Source of the DNA: Thermoproteota archaeon
GTDB taxonomy: Archaea; Korarchaeota; Korarchaeia; Korarchaeales; Korarchaeaceae
DNA: 64,000 bases
Direction of reading: 5' to 3'
Assembly: GCA_027491395.1 (NCBI GenBank)
Contig: JAOZFI010000041.1
Location: forward strand, 64,001 to 128,000
The stretch's first letter is position 1, and each line of letters starts with the position of its first letter. A program made the position numbers and the translations under genes. The notes beneath the pieces are model-generated. The model saw only the letters and a program-made list of their open reading frames with translations. It was not told the origin of the DNA and searched no databases. Shown here one piece after another: positions 57,006 to 64,000 of this stretch.

Positions 57006-57614
57006 TCACCTCGGGGGGGATACAGATTCCCTCCCGAGGTCGAAGGCTCTCAAATTTAAATCCCTATATCTGGAGGGAGAGACCTCCTCCAAGGCTTCCC
57101 TGAGGACCCCTTCTGGGAAGGGCAGCACTCCGGTGGCCTGAGCGGCTCCGAGCATCACGGTATTCGCGACTATGTAATCACCAGCCTTCTTCGCTATATC
57201 GTATGCATTCAGCACCATTATCTGCTTGGGATTGAGTCTCCTCATGAGCTCCAAGATCTCATCGAAGCTGGGTATGGGAAACCTCTCCAAGTACGCCCCC
57301 ACAGGGGGGATCACGTGGTTATTCATGACCACCGTGGTCCTTTCCGAGATGTATGGTGCTTGCCTGAGCCCCTCGAGCGGTTCCAAGGCTATCAGCAGGT
57401 CGAGCGTTCCCTCAAGTATGAGGGGGCTGGATACGTCACTTCCAATCCTTAACTCGGTTCTTATAGATCCGTACCTCTGGGAGAGGCCGTGGACCTCGCT
57501 CTGGGCGAAGTTAAGACCTAGCTTGAGCGCGGCCCTAGCTATCACGTTGGTGGTGAACAGGATGCCTTGCCCACCGACCCCAGCGACTATCACGTTTAAC
57601 TCGCGCACGCTCAT
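57006..57614 (-). CDS. iorB: Indolepyruvate:ferredoxin oxidoreductase beta subunit
   Basis: AGVGGQG, SEVHGLSQRYGS, EPLE, NTVMLGA, NLRAF. Confidence 0.93.
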   Translation of the reverse strand: MSVRELNVIVAGVGGQGILFTTNVIARAALKLGLNFAQSEVHGLSQRYGSIRTELRIGSDVSSPLILEGTLDLLIALEPLEGLRQAPYISERTTVVMNNHVIPPVGAYLERFPIPSFDEILELMRRLNPKQIMVLNAYDIAKKAGDYIVANTVMLGAAQATGVLPFPEGVLREALEEVSPSRYRDLNLRAFDLGRESVSPPR

Positions 57615-57618
57615 ACTC

Positions 57619-59514
57619 TCACACCCCTATCTTCTGCTCCCTCCAATTGAGTGATCCCTCCTGAGGTTCGAAAGCTCCGTACGGGCAGACGGGAACGCAG
57701 GCTCCGCAGCCGAAACACACTGTTGGATCTATTTCTACCAGAGAGCCAGTGTCAACGAAGGCCGGGCAGGCGAAGGTGTTTATGCAGACCCTGCAGTAAG
57801 TGCACTTGTCGGGGTTCACCCTATACGGGACTATCTTCTGCCCCTGTCTCCTGAGCCTAGCCACTGTAAGTAGGGCGCACTCCCTCTTAGTTATCACCAC
57901 AGAGACGCCATCATGCTTCAGGGCATCCCTTATCGCCTTTTCAGTGGCAGCATGATCGTAGGGATCTACTACTTTGACGTAATCGACGCCTATGGATCGA
58001 ACGATCTTCTCTATATCTATGGCGGGGGCCTCATCACCCACCGCATTAACCTCCGTACCCGGGTGAGGCTGGTGGCCTGTCATGGCCGTTATCCTGTTGT
58101 CCATTATCACCACGGTCATTTTCCTCTTATTGTGGACCGCATTTATCAGCGCCGGTATGCCGGCATGGAAGAAGGTGGAATCACCTATCAGCGCGACCAC
58201 GTCCTGATCTGTGGCTACATCTATCCCATTAGCCAAACCTATGGAAGAGCCCATCGCGTGAGTGACATGTTCCACTCTAAACGGCTTCTGGAAAAGCAGG
58301 GCGTAGCAACCTATATCGCCCATGAACGCGGCCCTACCCGCGGCCCTTCTGAGGGCGTACCCCGTAGACCTGTGGGGGCATGCAGGGCACAGGACTGGAG
58401 GCCTCGGAGGGACTTTCTTAAGTATTTCTGAGCTTCTCCTATCTATTTCAGCGAAGTTAACGGGAAGAACGACTCCTAATGCCTTCGACAGTCCCTCTAA
58501 CACGGTTCTCATGGTGTACTCTCCGACCCTAGGCATGTGGCCGGTCAACTTACCTAGGACCTCGACCTCAGGCGCGTAGTCCTTGGCTATGGCCTTCACC
58601 CTCATTTCTAGGTAAGGATCCAGCTCCTCCACTATCAGCACGGTGTTCACGGAGGAGAGGAACTCTCCTATGTCCTTCTCGGGGAGTGGGAAAGTCATTC
58701 CCAGCTTCAGGATCTTGGCGTTCACGTTAACGAGCTTCAGCGCCTCCTTAGCATGGGCGTAGGCGACACCCGAGGTTATGACCCCGAACTCCGCATCGGA
58801 AGCTCCCTCTACTTTAGCATAGGAGGGTGCTACATCCAAGGATATCTCCTTGAGCTTACCCAAAAGCTCCGCGTGATGCTTCCTAGCTATGGCGCCCACT
58901 TGGAGGTACCTATCGGGCTCTGGAGGAACAAACTTGCCCTTGGAGAAGCCAGCCGTTATCTCTCCTAAGCGAACGGGACCTCTCTGATGGCTGATCCTAG
59001 TCGTCGTCCTCACCATTACGGGTATCTTGTACTTGCTGGACAGCTCGAAGGCTTCCTTTGTTAAGTCCTTGGCTTCCTGAGGGTTGGATGGCTCCAACAT
59101 AGGCAATCCAACTGACTCGCTGTAATGCCTGTTGTCCTGCTCGTTCTGACTACTGTGAGCATGGGGGTCGTCCGCTGATACTATGACCATGGCGCCGGTC
59201 ACTCCCGCGTAAGCTAGGGTGAAGATAGCATCGGAGGCAACGTTGAAGCCCACGTGCTTCATCATGGTCAGGGCCTTGAGACCAGACCACGCCGCCCCCA
59301 TCGCAACCTCCGTGGCGACCTTCTCGTTGGCCGACCACTCGAAGTATATGCCTACGCGCTTGGCTACTTTGGCTAGGGCCTCACCTATCTCCGTGCTTGG
59401 TGTACCAGGATAGGCCGCGGCGACGTTCAGGCCTGCCTCCAAGGCCCCTCTTGCGACGGCTTCGTTTCCGAGTAGCACCTCTAGGGTGTTGGCTGGGGCG
59501 AGCAGATCTCCCAT
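57619..59514 (-). CDS. iorA: Indolepyruvate:ferredoxin oxidoreductase alpha subunit
   Basis: LGNEAVARG, YPGTPSTE, NEKVA, SSQNEQD, RPPVLCPACPH, GDSTFFH, C-terminal ferredoxin domain. Confidence 0.95.
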   Translation of the reverse strand: MGDLLAPANTLEVLLGNEAVARGALEAGLNVAAAYPGTPSTEIGEALAKVAKRVGIYFEWSANEKVATEVAMGAAWSGLKALTMMKHVGFNVASDAIFTLAYAGVTGAMVIVSADDPHAHSSQNEQDNRHYSESVGLPMLEPSNPQEAKDLTKEAFELSSKYKIPVMVRTTTRISHQRGPVRLGEITAGFSKGKFVPPEPDRYLQVGAIARKHHAELLGKLKEISLDVAPSYAKVEGASDAEFGVITSGVAYAHAKEALKLVNVNAKILKLGMTFPLPEKDIGEFLSSVNTVLIVEELDPYLEMRVKAIAKDYAPEVEVLGKLTGHMPRVGEYTMRTVLEGLSKALGVVLPVNFAEIDRRSSEILKKVPPRPPVLCPACPHRSTGYALRRAAGRAAFMGDIGCYALLFQKPFRVEHVTHAMGSSIGLANGIDVATDQDVVALIGDSTFFHAGIPALINAVHNKRKMTVVIMDNRITAMTGHQPHPGTEVNAVGDEAPAIDIEKIVRSIGVDYVKVVDPYDHAATEKAIRDALKHDGVSVVITKRECALLTVARLRRQGQKIVPYRVNPDKCTYCRVCINTFACPAFVDTGSLVEIDPTVCFGCGACVPVCPYGAFEPQEGSLNWREQKIGV

Positions 59515-59665
59515 AAAAGCAACCCCATGCAGTAGGCGCTGAGGTAACTTATAATTGTGCGAATAGCCTCACACATCAGAGTCGAAGTGAATATAACGCC
59601 GGAATATAATCAAACAGACGATAATCTTGTGGAATATAGGAAAATTCTTTACTCAATCCAGCCTT

Positions 59666-60985
59666 TTAAGAGGTTGAAAATAGTGACCATCTTACCAGCG
59701 AGTCGGCCGATCTCAGCGCACGGCATGGGGTGGGGTAAGCGGGTATGCCCTTCCTCCTCAAGGAGAGGACCGCCTCCAAGGCCTTCTTTCCACCCATTAT
59801 CACCGGTATTATCGGCTTATCATAAAGATCCCAGAGGTCGTATATCATACTAGCGAACCTCATGGGATCAGAGAGAGCGGTCTCACAATGCAGGGCAATG
59901 ACACCATCCACATCCCTCCTAGACATAAGCACATCCAGCACGCCCCTGTAAACATCGGTCCCAGCTCTACCTGTTATGTCGACAGGATTGGTGGAAAAAT
60001 TCCCACCTTCCGGTACGAACTGCCTCATCTCCTCAATCAGATCATTGCCGGGCTCGGGTAAGTCAAGAATGGAATCAGAAGACATCCCCTTAAGGAGCTT
60101 TCCCGCTCCCCCGCTGTTGGTCACGGCGATGAAGGATCTCCCTTTTATCCTCTTACCGGAAAGCGCCAGGGCCATGTCCAAGGCTGTGATCACATCATCA
60201 GTTATCGGTAGATTACCCTGAAGTCCCTTTAACTCCTCTTTCACCTGATCTGAAGCCGTGAGGATAACCAAGGGCTTCCTTCGGGCTACCTCTTCGACTG
60301 CGGCCTTCAATGAACCTCTATCCTTAACGCTCTCGGCATGCAGCACCAAGGACCTGGTGCTCCTATCTTCGGCTAGATAACTCAGAACTTCACTCTCGCT
60401 GACATCCAGCTTGTCGCCCAGCCCTATCACCGCTGAGAGTCCGACACCTTGGACAGTGGCTAGGCCCATGAGTGCCATTCCTAAGGTACGGGACTCCGTG
60501 ACGAGGCCAACTCCTCCCTCAAGCACCTCCATGGGACCTAGTGTGGCGTTAAGTCGGCTCTTGATGTGGAATATGCCCATAGAGGACGGGCCCAAGATCC
60601 TTATCCCGTGTTTCTGTGCTGACTCGTATATGTCGTAGGAGGAGGGGTCACCTCTCTTCCCAGAAATGACTACGGCTACCTTAACGCCCTTGGCGCCGAG
60701 CTCCCCCATGATCTTCGGGATCCTCTCAACGGGCGACACCAAAATTGCGAGATCTATGTCCTCCGTCACATCCAGAACCGTCTTATAGCATCTGATATCG
60801 TGTATCTCTGCGTACTTGGGATTCACAGGGAATATGGGCCCAGGGAAACCGTACTTAACCAAGTTGGTGAGGACCTCGTAACCCATCTTGCCGGGAGTCT
60901 TGGACACGCCGATAACCGCAATGGATCTGGGCTCAAAGAGGGTTCTCAGTGTATCTTCCTCCACGAAGGAAATCACCTCCCTCAA
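59666..60985 (-). CDS. ADP-forming acyl-CoA synthetase alpha-like protein lacking the phospho-His loop
   Basis: PRSIAVIGVS, FPVNPK, TNSGG, NPVDITG retained; the G.T..G......SHTG segment is deleted and GPNC becomes GPSS. Confidence 0.85.
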   Translation of the reverse strand: MREVISFVEEDTLRTLFEPRSIAVIGVSKTPGKMGYEVLTNLVKYGFPGPIFPVNPKYAEIHDIRCYKTVLDVTEDIDLAILVSPVERIPKIMGELGAKGVKVAVVISGKRGDPSSYDIYESAQKHGIRILGPSSMGIFHIKSRLNATLGPMEVLEGGVGLVTESRTLGMALMGLATVQGVGLSAVIGLGDKLDVSESEVLSYLAEDRSTRSLVLHAESVKDRGSLKAAVEEVARRKPLVILTASDQVKEELKGLQGNLPITDDVITALDMALALSGKRIKGRSFIAVTNSGGAGKLLKGMSSDSILDLPEPGNDLIEEMRQFVPEGGNFSTNPVDITGRAGTDVYRGVLDVLMSRRDVDGVIALHCETALSDPMRFASMIYDLWDLYDKPIIPVIMGGKKALEAVLSLRRKGIPAYPTPCRALRSADSLVRWSLFSTS

Positions 60986-61506
60986 CCTGACTCAGCGGCA
61001 ACTGCCCTCCAGATCGCATCTCCGGCGTGATGCAGATTCTTCACGGATCTTCCCCTCTCCTTTATCTGATCCGGCGGTCTGAGAGCCCTGCCTATGGCTA
61101 TGGTTGCCCCTAACCTCTCGTCGACCACGACTACCAAGTCTCCCTCGTCGAAGTTCCCCATGACCTCCTTGATGCCCGGTCCCATGACGTGGGCTCCGCT
61201 GGCTATCGGTTTAACCGCCCCCAAGTCCACTACCACCTTAGGTAGATCGAGACCGAACTTCTCGACGGCCGTAAGGAAGGGTATGAGGTCATTATCCTCA
61301 GTGGGGAGCTCAACGAGCACGGGTTCCCCCTCATAGTAATAGACCTTGGCCATCTTCCCCTTCCATGGAACCTCGAGCACTTGGAGGGAGATCTTCCTTT
61401 TACTGAAGACGTTGCTCATGCTCCTTATCTCCTTGACCGCCCTGTCTATGATGGTCTTACTCTGCTTTACCGTAATCGCGTATTTCCTCCCCGGAATTGC
61501 CCTCAC
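60982..61506 (-). CDS. PUA-domain RNA-binding protein (DUF1947/MCT-1-like)
   Basis: VVVDLGAVKPIASGAHVMGPGI...GDLVVV...AIG...KNLHHAGD. Confidence 0.88.
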   Translation of the reverse strand: MRAIPGRKYAITVKQSKTIIDRAVKEIRSMSNVFSKRKISLQVLEVPWKGKMAKVYYYEGEPVLVELPTEDNDLIPFLTAVEKFGLDLPKVVVDLGAVKPIASGAHVMGPGIKEVMGNFDEGDLVVVVDERLGATIAIGRALRPPDQIKERGRSVKNLHHAGDAIWRAVAAESG

Positions 61507-61525
61507 CTTTGCGAATATAGTGAAA

Positions 61526-61602
61526 TGGCGCCCGGGCCGGGATTTGAACCCGGGTCTGGGGCTCGACAGGCCCCTATGCTAACCGGGCTACACCACCCGG
61601 GC
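61526..61602 (-). tRNA. tRNA-Asp(GTC), intronless, CCA encoded
   Basis: GCCCGGGTGGTGTAGCCCGGTTAGCATAGGGGCCT-GTC-GAGCCCCAGACCCGGGTTCAAATCCCGGCCCGGGCGCCA; TTTATAA about 26 nt upstream. Confidence 0.97.
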
Positions 61603-61638
61603 ACCGGAGTAGTGGAGGCAACCATCATTATAAATATT

Positions 61639-62481
61639 TCACCGTTTCCGCCTCAGGCGCTCGTAGACCAGCTTCATCTTCAGGGCATCCCTCTCTAACA
61701 AGGGGGACTCAGAGATCACCAGCCACCGGACATCTTTTTCCACCATGAGCTGAGCTAAGGGCTCGAACTCGGGACCATAGCCGGAGCCCAGTTCGTGGTG
61801 CATCCTCTCCCCGTAACCCGACTTAGTGGGCTCCACCTCGGTGAAATGCACGACGAGACCGTCTAATGTGCCCAACCTGCCCTCTATCTCATCTAAGATC
61901 TTCTCGTAGTCTTTCCTGCCCTTGATCACGCCTCCATCCCTCACGTGTATATGGGCGAAGTCCACAGTCGGCACGACACTATCAACACTCTCGGCCATGG
62001 TGAGCACGTCGTCTAGGGAACCTAGTTGCGAGGGCTTCCCCGTGGTCTCCGGGCCGAGCTCTACTTGGAGTCCTCTGCCCTTTATCACGCTGTTGAGACG
62101 CTCCAAAGCATTTATTGCCATCTTCAAGGCCTCATCTCTCCCGAACTTACCGTAGTATCCTGGGTGGAATGTGATGTGCCTCGCGCCCATTCTATGGGCA
62201 GCCACGGCCGCGGATAAGATTCTCTCAATGCTTGCTTCCCTCTTTTTGGGATCCTCGGATGCCAAATTTATGGCATAGGGTGCGTGAAGTGAGAGCATTA
62301 CGCCGTTCTCCTCTGACTGCTCCCTTATCCATTTAAGCAGTTCTTTGTTCTTCGGAACTGACCTGACGGCTTGGTATTCCATCCCGTCTAGCCCTAGGCT
62401 CCTCAGATATGTGAATGCCTCCTCCTTAGGGGCATCCAATGGGTAACCAGCTGGCCCAAACCGAGTTCTATCGATGTCCAT
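61639..62481 (-). CDS. nfo: Endonuclease IV family (archaeal Nfo-like)
   Basis: RFGPAG, SLHAPYAINLAS, FHPGYY, PETTGK..QLG, VDFAH, HFT, ISESP. Confidence 0.9.
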   Translation of the reverse strand: MDIDRTRFGPAGYPLDAPKEEAFTYLRSLGLDGMEYQAVRSVPKNKELLKWIREQSEENGVMLSLHAPYAINLASEDPKKREASIERILSAAVAAHRMGARHITFHPGYYGKFGRDEALKMAINALERLNSVIKGRGLQVELGPETTGKPSQLGSLDDVLTMAESVDSVVPTVDFAHIHVRDGGVIKGRKDYEKILDEIEGRLGTLDGLVVHFTEVEPTKSGYGERMHHELGSGYGPEFEPLAQLMVEKDVRWLVISESPLLERDALKMKLVYERLRRKR

Positions 62482-62562
62482 CCCTTCCTCGATCTCCCAT
62501 GTAAGACATTATCCTTACGCCTCCCTCTCCTCCTTTTACTGTTAAAAGTCTTGATATAAGGT

Positions 62563-62584
62563 GGAAGGGTTATATACCCCTTCC
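62563..62584. promoter_or_regulatory. TATA box embedded in a 22-bp near-perfect palindrome
   Basis: GGAAGGGTTATATACCCCTTCC (20/22 symmetric); TTATATA starts 28 nt upstream of the structured RNA. Confidence 0.6.
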
Positions 62585-62597
62585 GGTTCTATATGAT

Positions 62598-62757
62598 GGG
62601 GTCGCCCGGCCCTTGGCGGGCTTAGCCCGATGTGCGGGCTATGGCCTACCACCGAAGTGGAAGGGGCCCTAAATTGGCCCCGATCTCGGGCGTCCTCAGG
62701 ACGCCTCCCTCCGGACACCGTGCCGAGCGACCCCCCGCACCTCCACCTCCTTCGGTG
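62598..62757 (+). ncRNA. Candidate structured RNA / 5' leader of the PflX-like gene
   Basis: Closing stem GGGGTCGC-C-CGGC/GCCG-A-GCGACCCC encloses the hairpins TAGCCCG/CGGGCTA, CCAC/GTGG, GGGGCC/GGCCCC and GGGCGTCC/GGACGCCT. Confidence 0.7.
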
Positions 62758-62762
62758 ATAGC

Positions 62763-63830
62763 ATGGCATGGTTCCTGAGGCCAGACGCTTTCTCGGCCTT
62801 CGAGAACGAGGAGATAAGGGACACAATACCGAGGTACATAAGAGTGGTGAGGAGGGAGGAACCTCCCCTCTTCAGACTGACTCAGAGGATCTTCTTGGAT
62901 GTGGGCGACGATCCTTGGGCCACTCACGACGAGGGACTCCAGATACTCTCGAAATGCGTGGTAGAGGGAGGATGCCCTAAGGAGAAGAGAGATGGGAGAA
63001 CCTCCTTGCTCGAACTCAAGGCACTCTTGGCCAAGGACCTGCTCCGAGAGTGCAGGCTGTGCGAGTGGAAGTGCGGTGTGAACAGACTTGAAGGGGAGAT
63101 AGGTGTCTGCAGGGTCCGAGACTCACGAGTGGCGAGCGCCTTCATTCACATGGGAGAGGAGGCCCCTATAACCCCTTCTGGAACTATATTCTTTACCGGA
63201 TGCAACTTCAGGTGCATCTTTTGTCAGAACTGGGATATATCCCAATTCCCTGAATCAGGCAAGCGGGTGGACGAACGGGAACTTGCGTCTATTATGGACG
63301 AGCTGAGGAGGCAGGGCGCCAGGAACATTAATCTGGTCGGAGGAGAGCCTACACCCAACCTCCCCCTGATAATCTCGTCCCTCAACCTCGTCAGGGAGAA
63401 CTTCCCCGTTGTGTGGAATTCCAACATGTATATGAGCGAAGAGGCTATGAAGCTCCTGCTCGGTTTGGTGGATCTCTGGCTGCCGGACTTCAAGTACTGG
63501 AACGATGAGTGTGCTAGGAAGTACAGCGGGATCCCTCGCTACAGGGAGACCGTAACTAGGAACTTGAAAATGGCGTACGACTATCCGCCCGGGGAGATGG
63601 TGCTGAGGCACTTGGTCCTTCCTGGGCACTTGAACTGCTGCACGGAACCAATCTTGAGGTGGATCTCCGATAACATCCCCGACATATTGGTGAACATAAT
63701 GGATCAGTACAGGCCCGAGTACAGGGCCAGCAAGTTCGACGAGATAAACAGGAGGGTGACTACTGAGGAGATGACGAGGGCCTATCGGCTAGCTGATGAA
63801 CTGGGCCTGAAATGGAGATCCGTCAGCTGA
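62763..63830 (+). CDS. PflX-like radical SAM protein (COG1313)
   Basis: CRLCEWKCGVNR...G.C, H.GEE....PSGTIFFTGCNFRCIFCQN, GGEPTP, PDFKY, RHLVLPG, MDQYRP; SD GGTGA. Confidence 0.9.
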   Translation: MAWFLRPDAFSAFENEEIRDTIPRYIRVVRREEPPLFRLTQRIFLDVGDDPWATHDEGLQILSKCVVEGGCPKEKRDGRTSLLELKALLAKDLLRECRLCEWKCGVNRLEGEIGVCRVRDSRVASAFIHMGEEAPITPSGTIFFTGCNFRCIFCQNWDISQFPESGKRVDERELASIMDELRRQGARNINLVGGEPTPNLPLIISSLNLVRENFPVVWNSNMYMSEEAMKLLLGLVDLWLPDFKYWNDECARKYSGIPRYRETVTRNLKMAYDYPPGEMVLRHLVLPGHLNCCTEPILRWISDNIPDILVNIMDQYRPEYRASKFDEINRRVTTEEMTRAYRLADELGLKWRSVS

Positions 63831-64000
63831 TCGTGAGCAGGAGCCTGACAATCTTCCACCTCAAGTCCTCTAGGCTCCCCTCATTCAGGATGAAGTAGTC
63901 TGCTGCCGCGATGGCGTCCCCCAGATGGAAGGCCCTTATCTCCTCCCTATCCTCACCTAAGAATTCCTCATAACTTTCCTTGTCAAATCCCACCCTCCTC
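63823..64000 (-). CDS. 3' end of a UPF0200/dephospho-CoA-kinase-like P-loop protein (truncated by the window edge)
   Basis: ...EEFLGEDREEIRAFHLGDAIAAADYFILNEGSLEDLR...IS*. Confidence 0.7.
   Translation of the reverse strand, partial: RRVGFDKESYEEFLGEDREEIRAFHLGDAIAAADYFILNEGSLEDLRWKIVRLLLTIS

Noticed and set aside
59557-59853. 98-aa + strand ORF
   Set aside because: Overlaps the ACD-like gene antisense and the iorA upstream region; no motif
62598-62734. Structured RNA as tRNA-Sec/Pyl, 5S, SRP, RNase P or hammerhead
   Set aside because: Loops containing UCA and CUA are present, but there is no T-loop or cloverleaf. No RNase P GAGGAAAGUCC, SRP helix-8 motif or 5S signature. The minus-strand CUGAGGA lacks the downstream GAAA of a hammerhead.
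1-64000. CRISPR arrays, transposases, integrases or att-site duplications at the two tRNAs
   Set aside because: None seen by eye: no regularly spaced repeats, no recombinase motifs, no duplicated tRNA 3' ends

Overview
Gene-dense core-genome segment of a thermophilic archaeon of the TACK group. rpS25e, an HMf-type histone, archaeal MAT, EgsA, tetraether synthase and the nurA-herA-mre11-rad50 operon point there; Korarchaeota-like is an inference. The window holds about 68 CDS (SAM cycle, DNA repair, ether-lipid synthesis, translation, peptide fermentation) and two tRNAs, Arg(TCG) and Asp(GTC). I saw no CRISPR array or mobile element. Highlights: (1) a C/D-box sRNA at 49015-49078 whose guides match the 16S rRNA anti-Shine-Dalgarno tail and the 570 region; (2) a promoter-driven multi-stem RNA at 62598-62757 that can alternatively sequester the SD of a PflX-like radical SAM gene (candidate riboswitch); (3) a ~92-nt hairpin RNA upstream of SAM synthetase; (4) several intact but apparently catalytically dead enzyme paralogues (AdoMetDC, TusA, ACD-alpha, PEP synthase, HerA-like, TIM barrel); (5) a BacA/UppP-DedA fusion near a PAP2 gene; (6) PspA paired with a membrane-anchored winged-helix protein; (7) a frameshifted ArcE/cDPGS-family gene coupled to a creatininase. 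All family calls come from motif recognition by eye; no database search was run.
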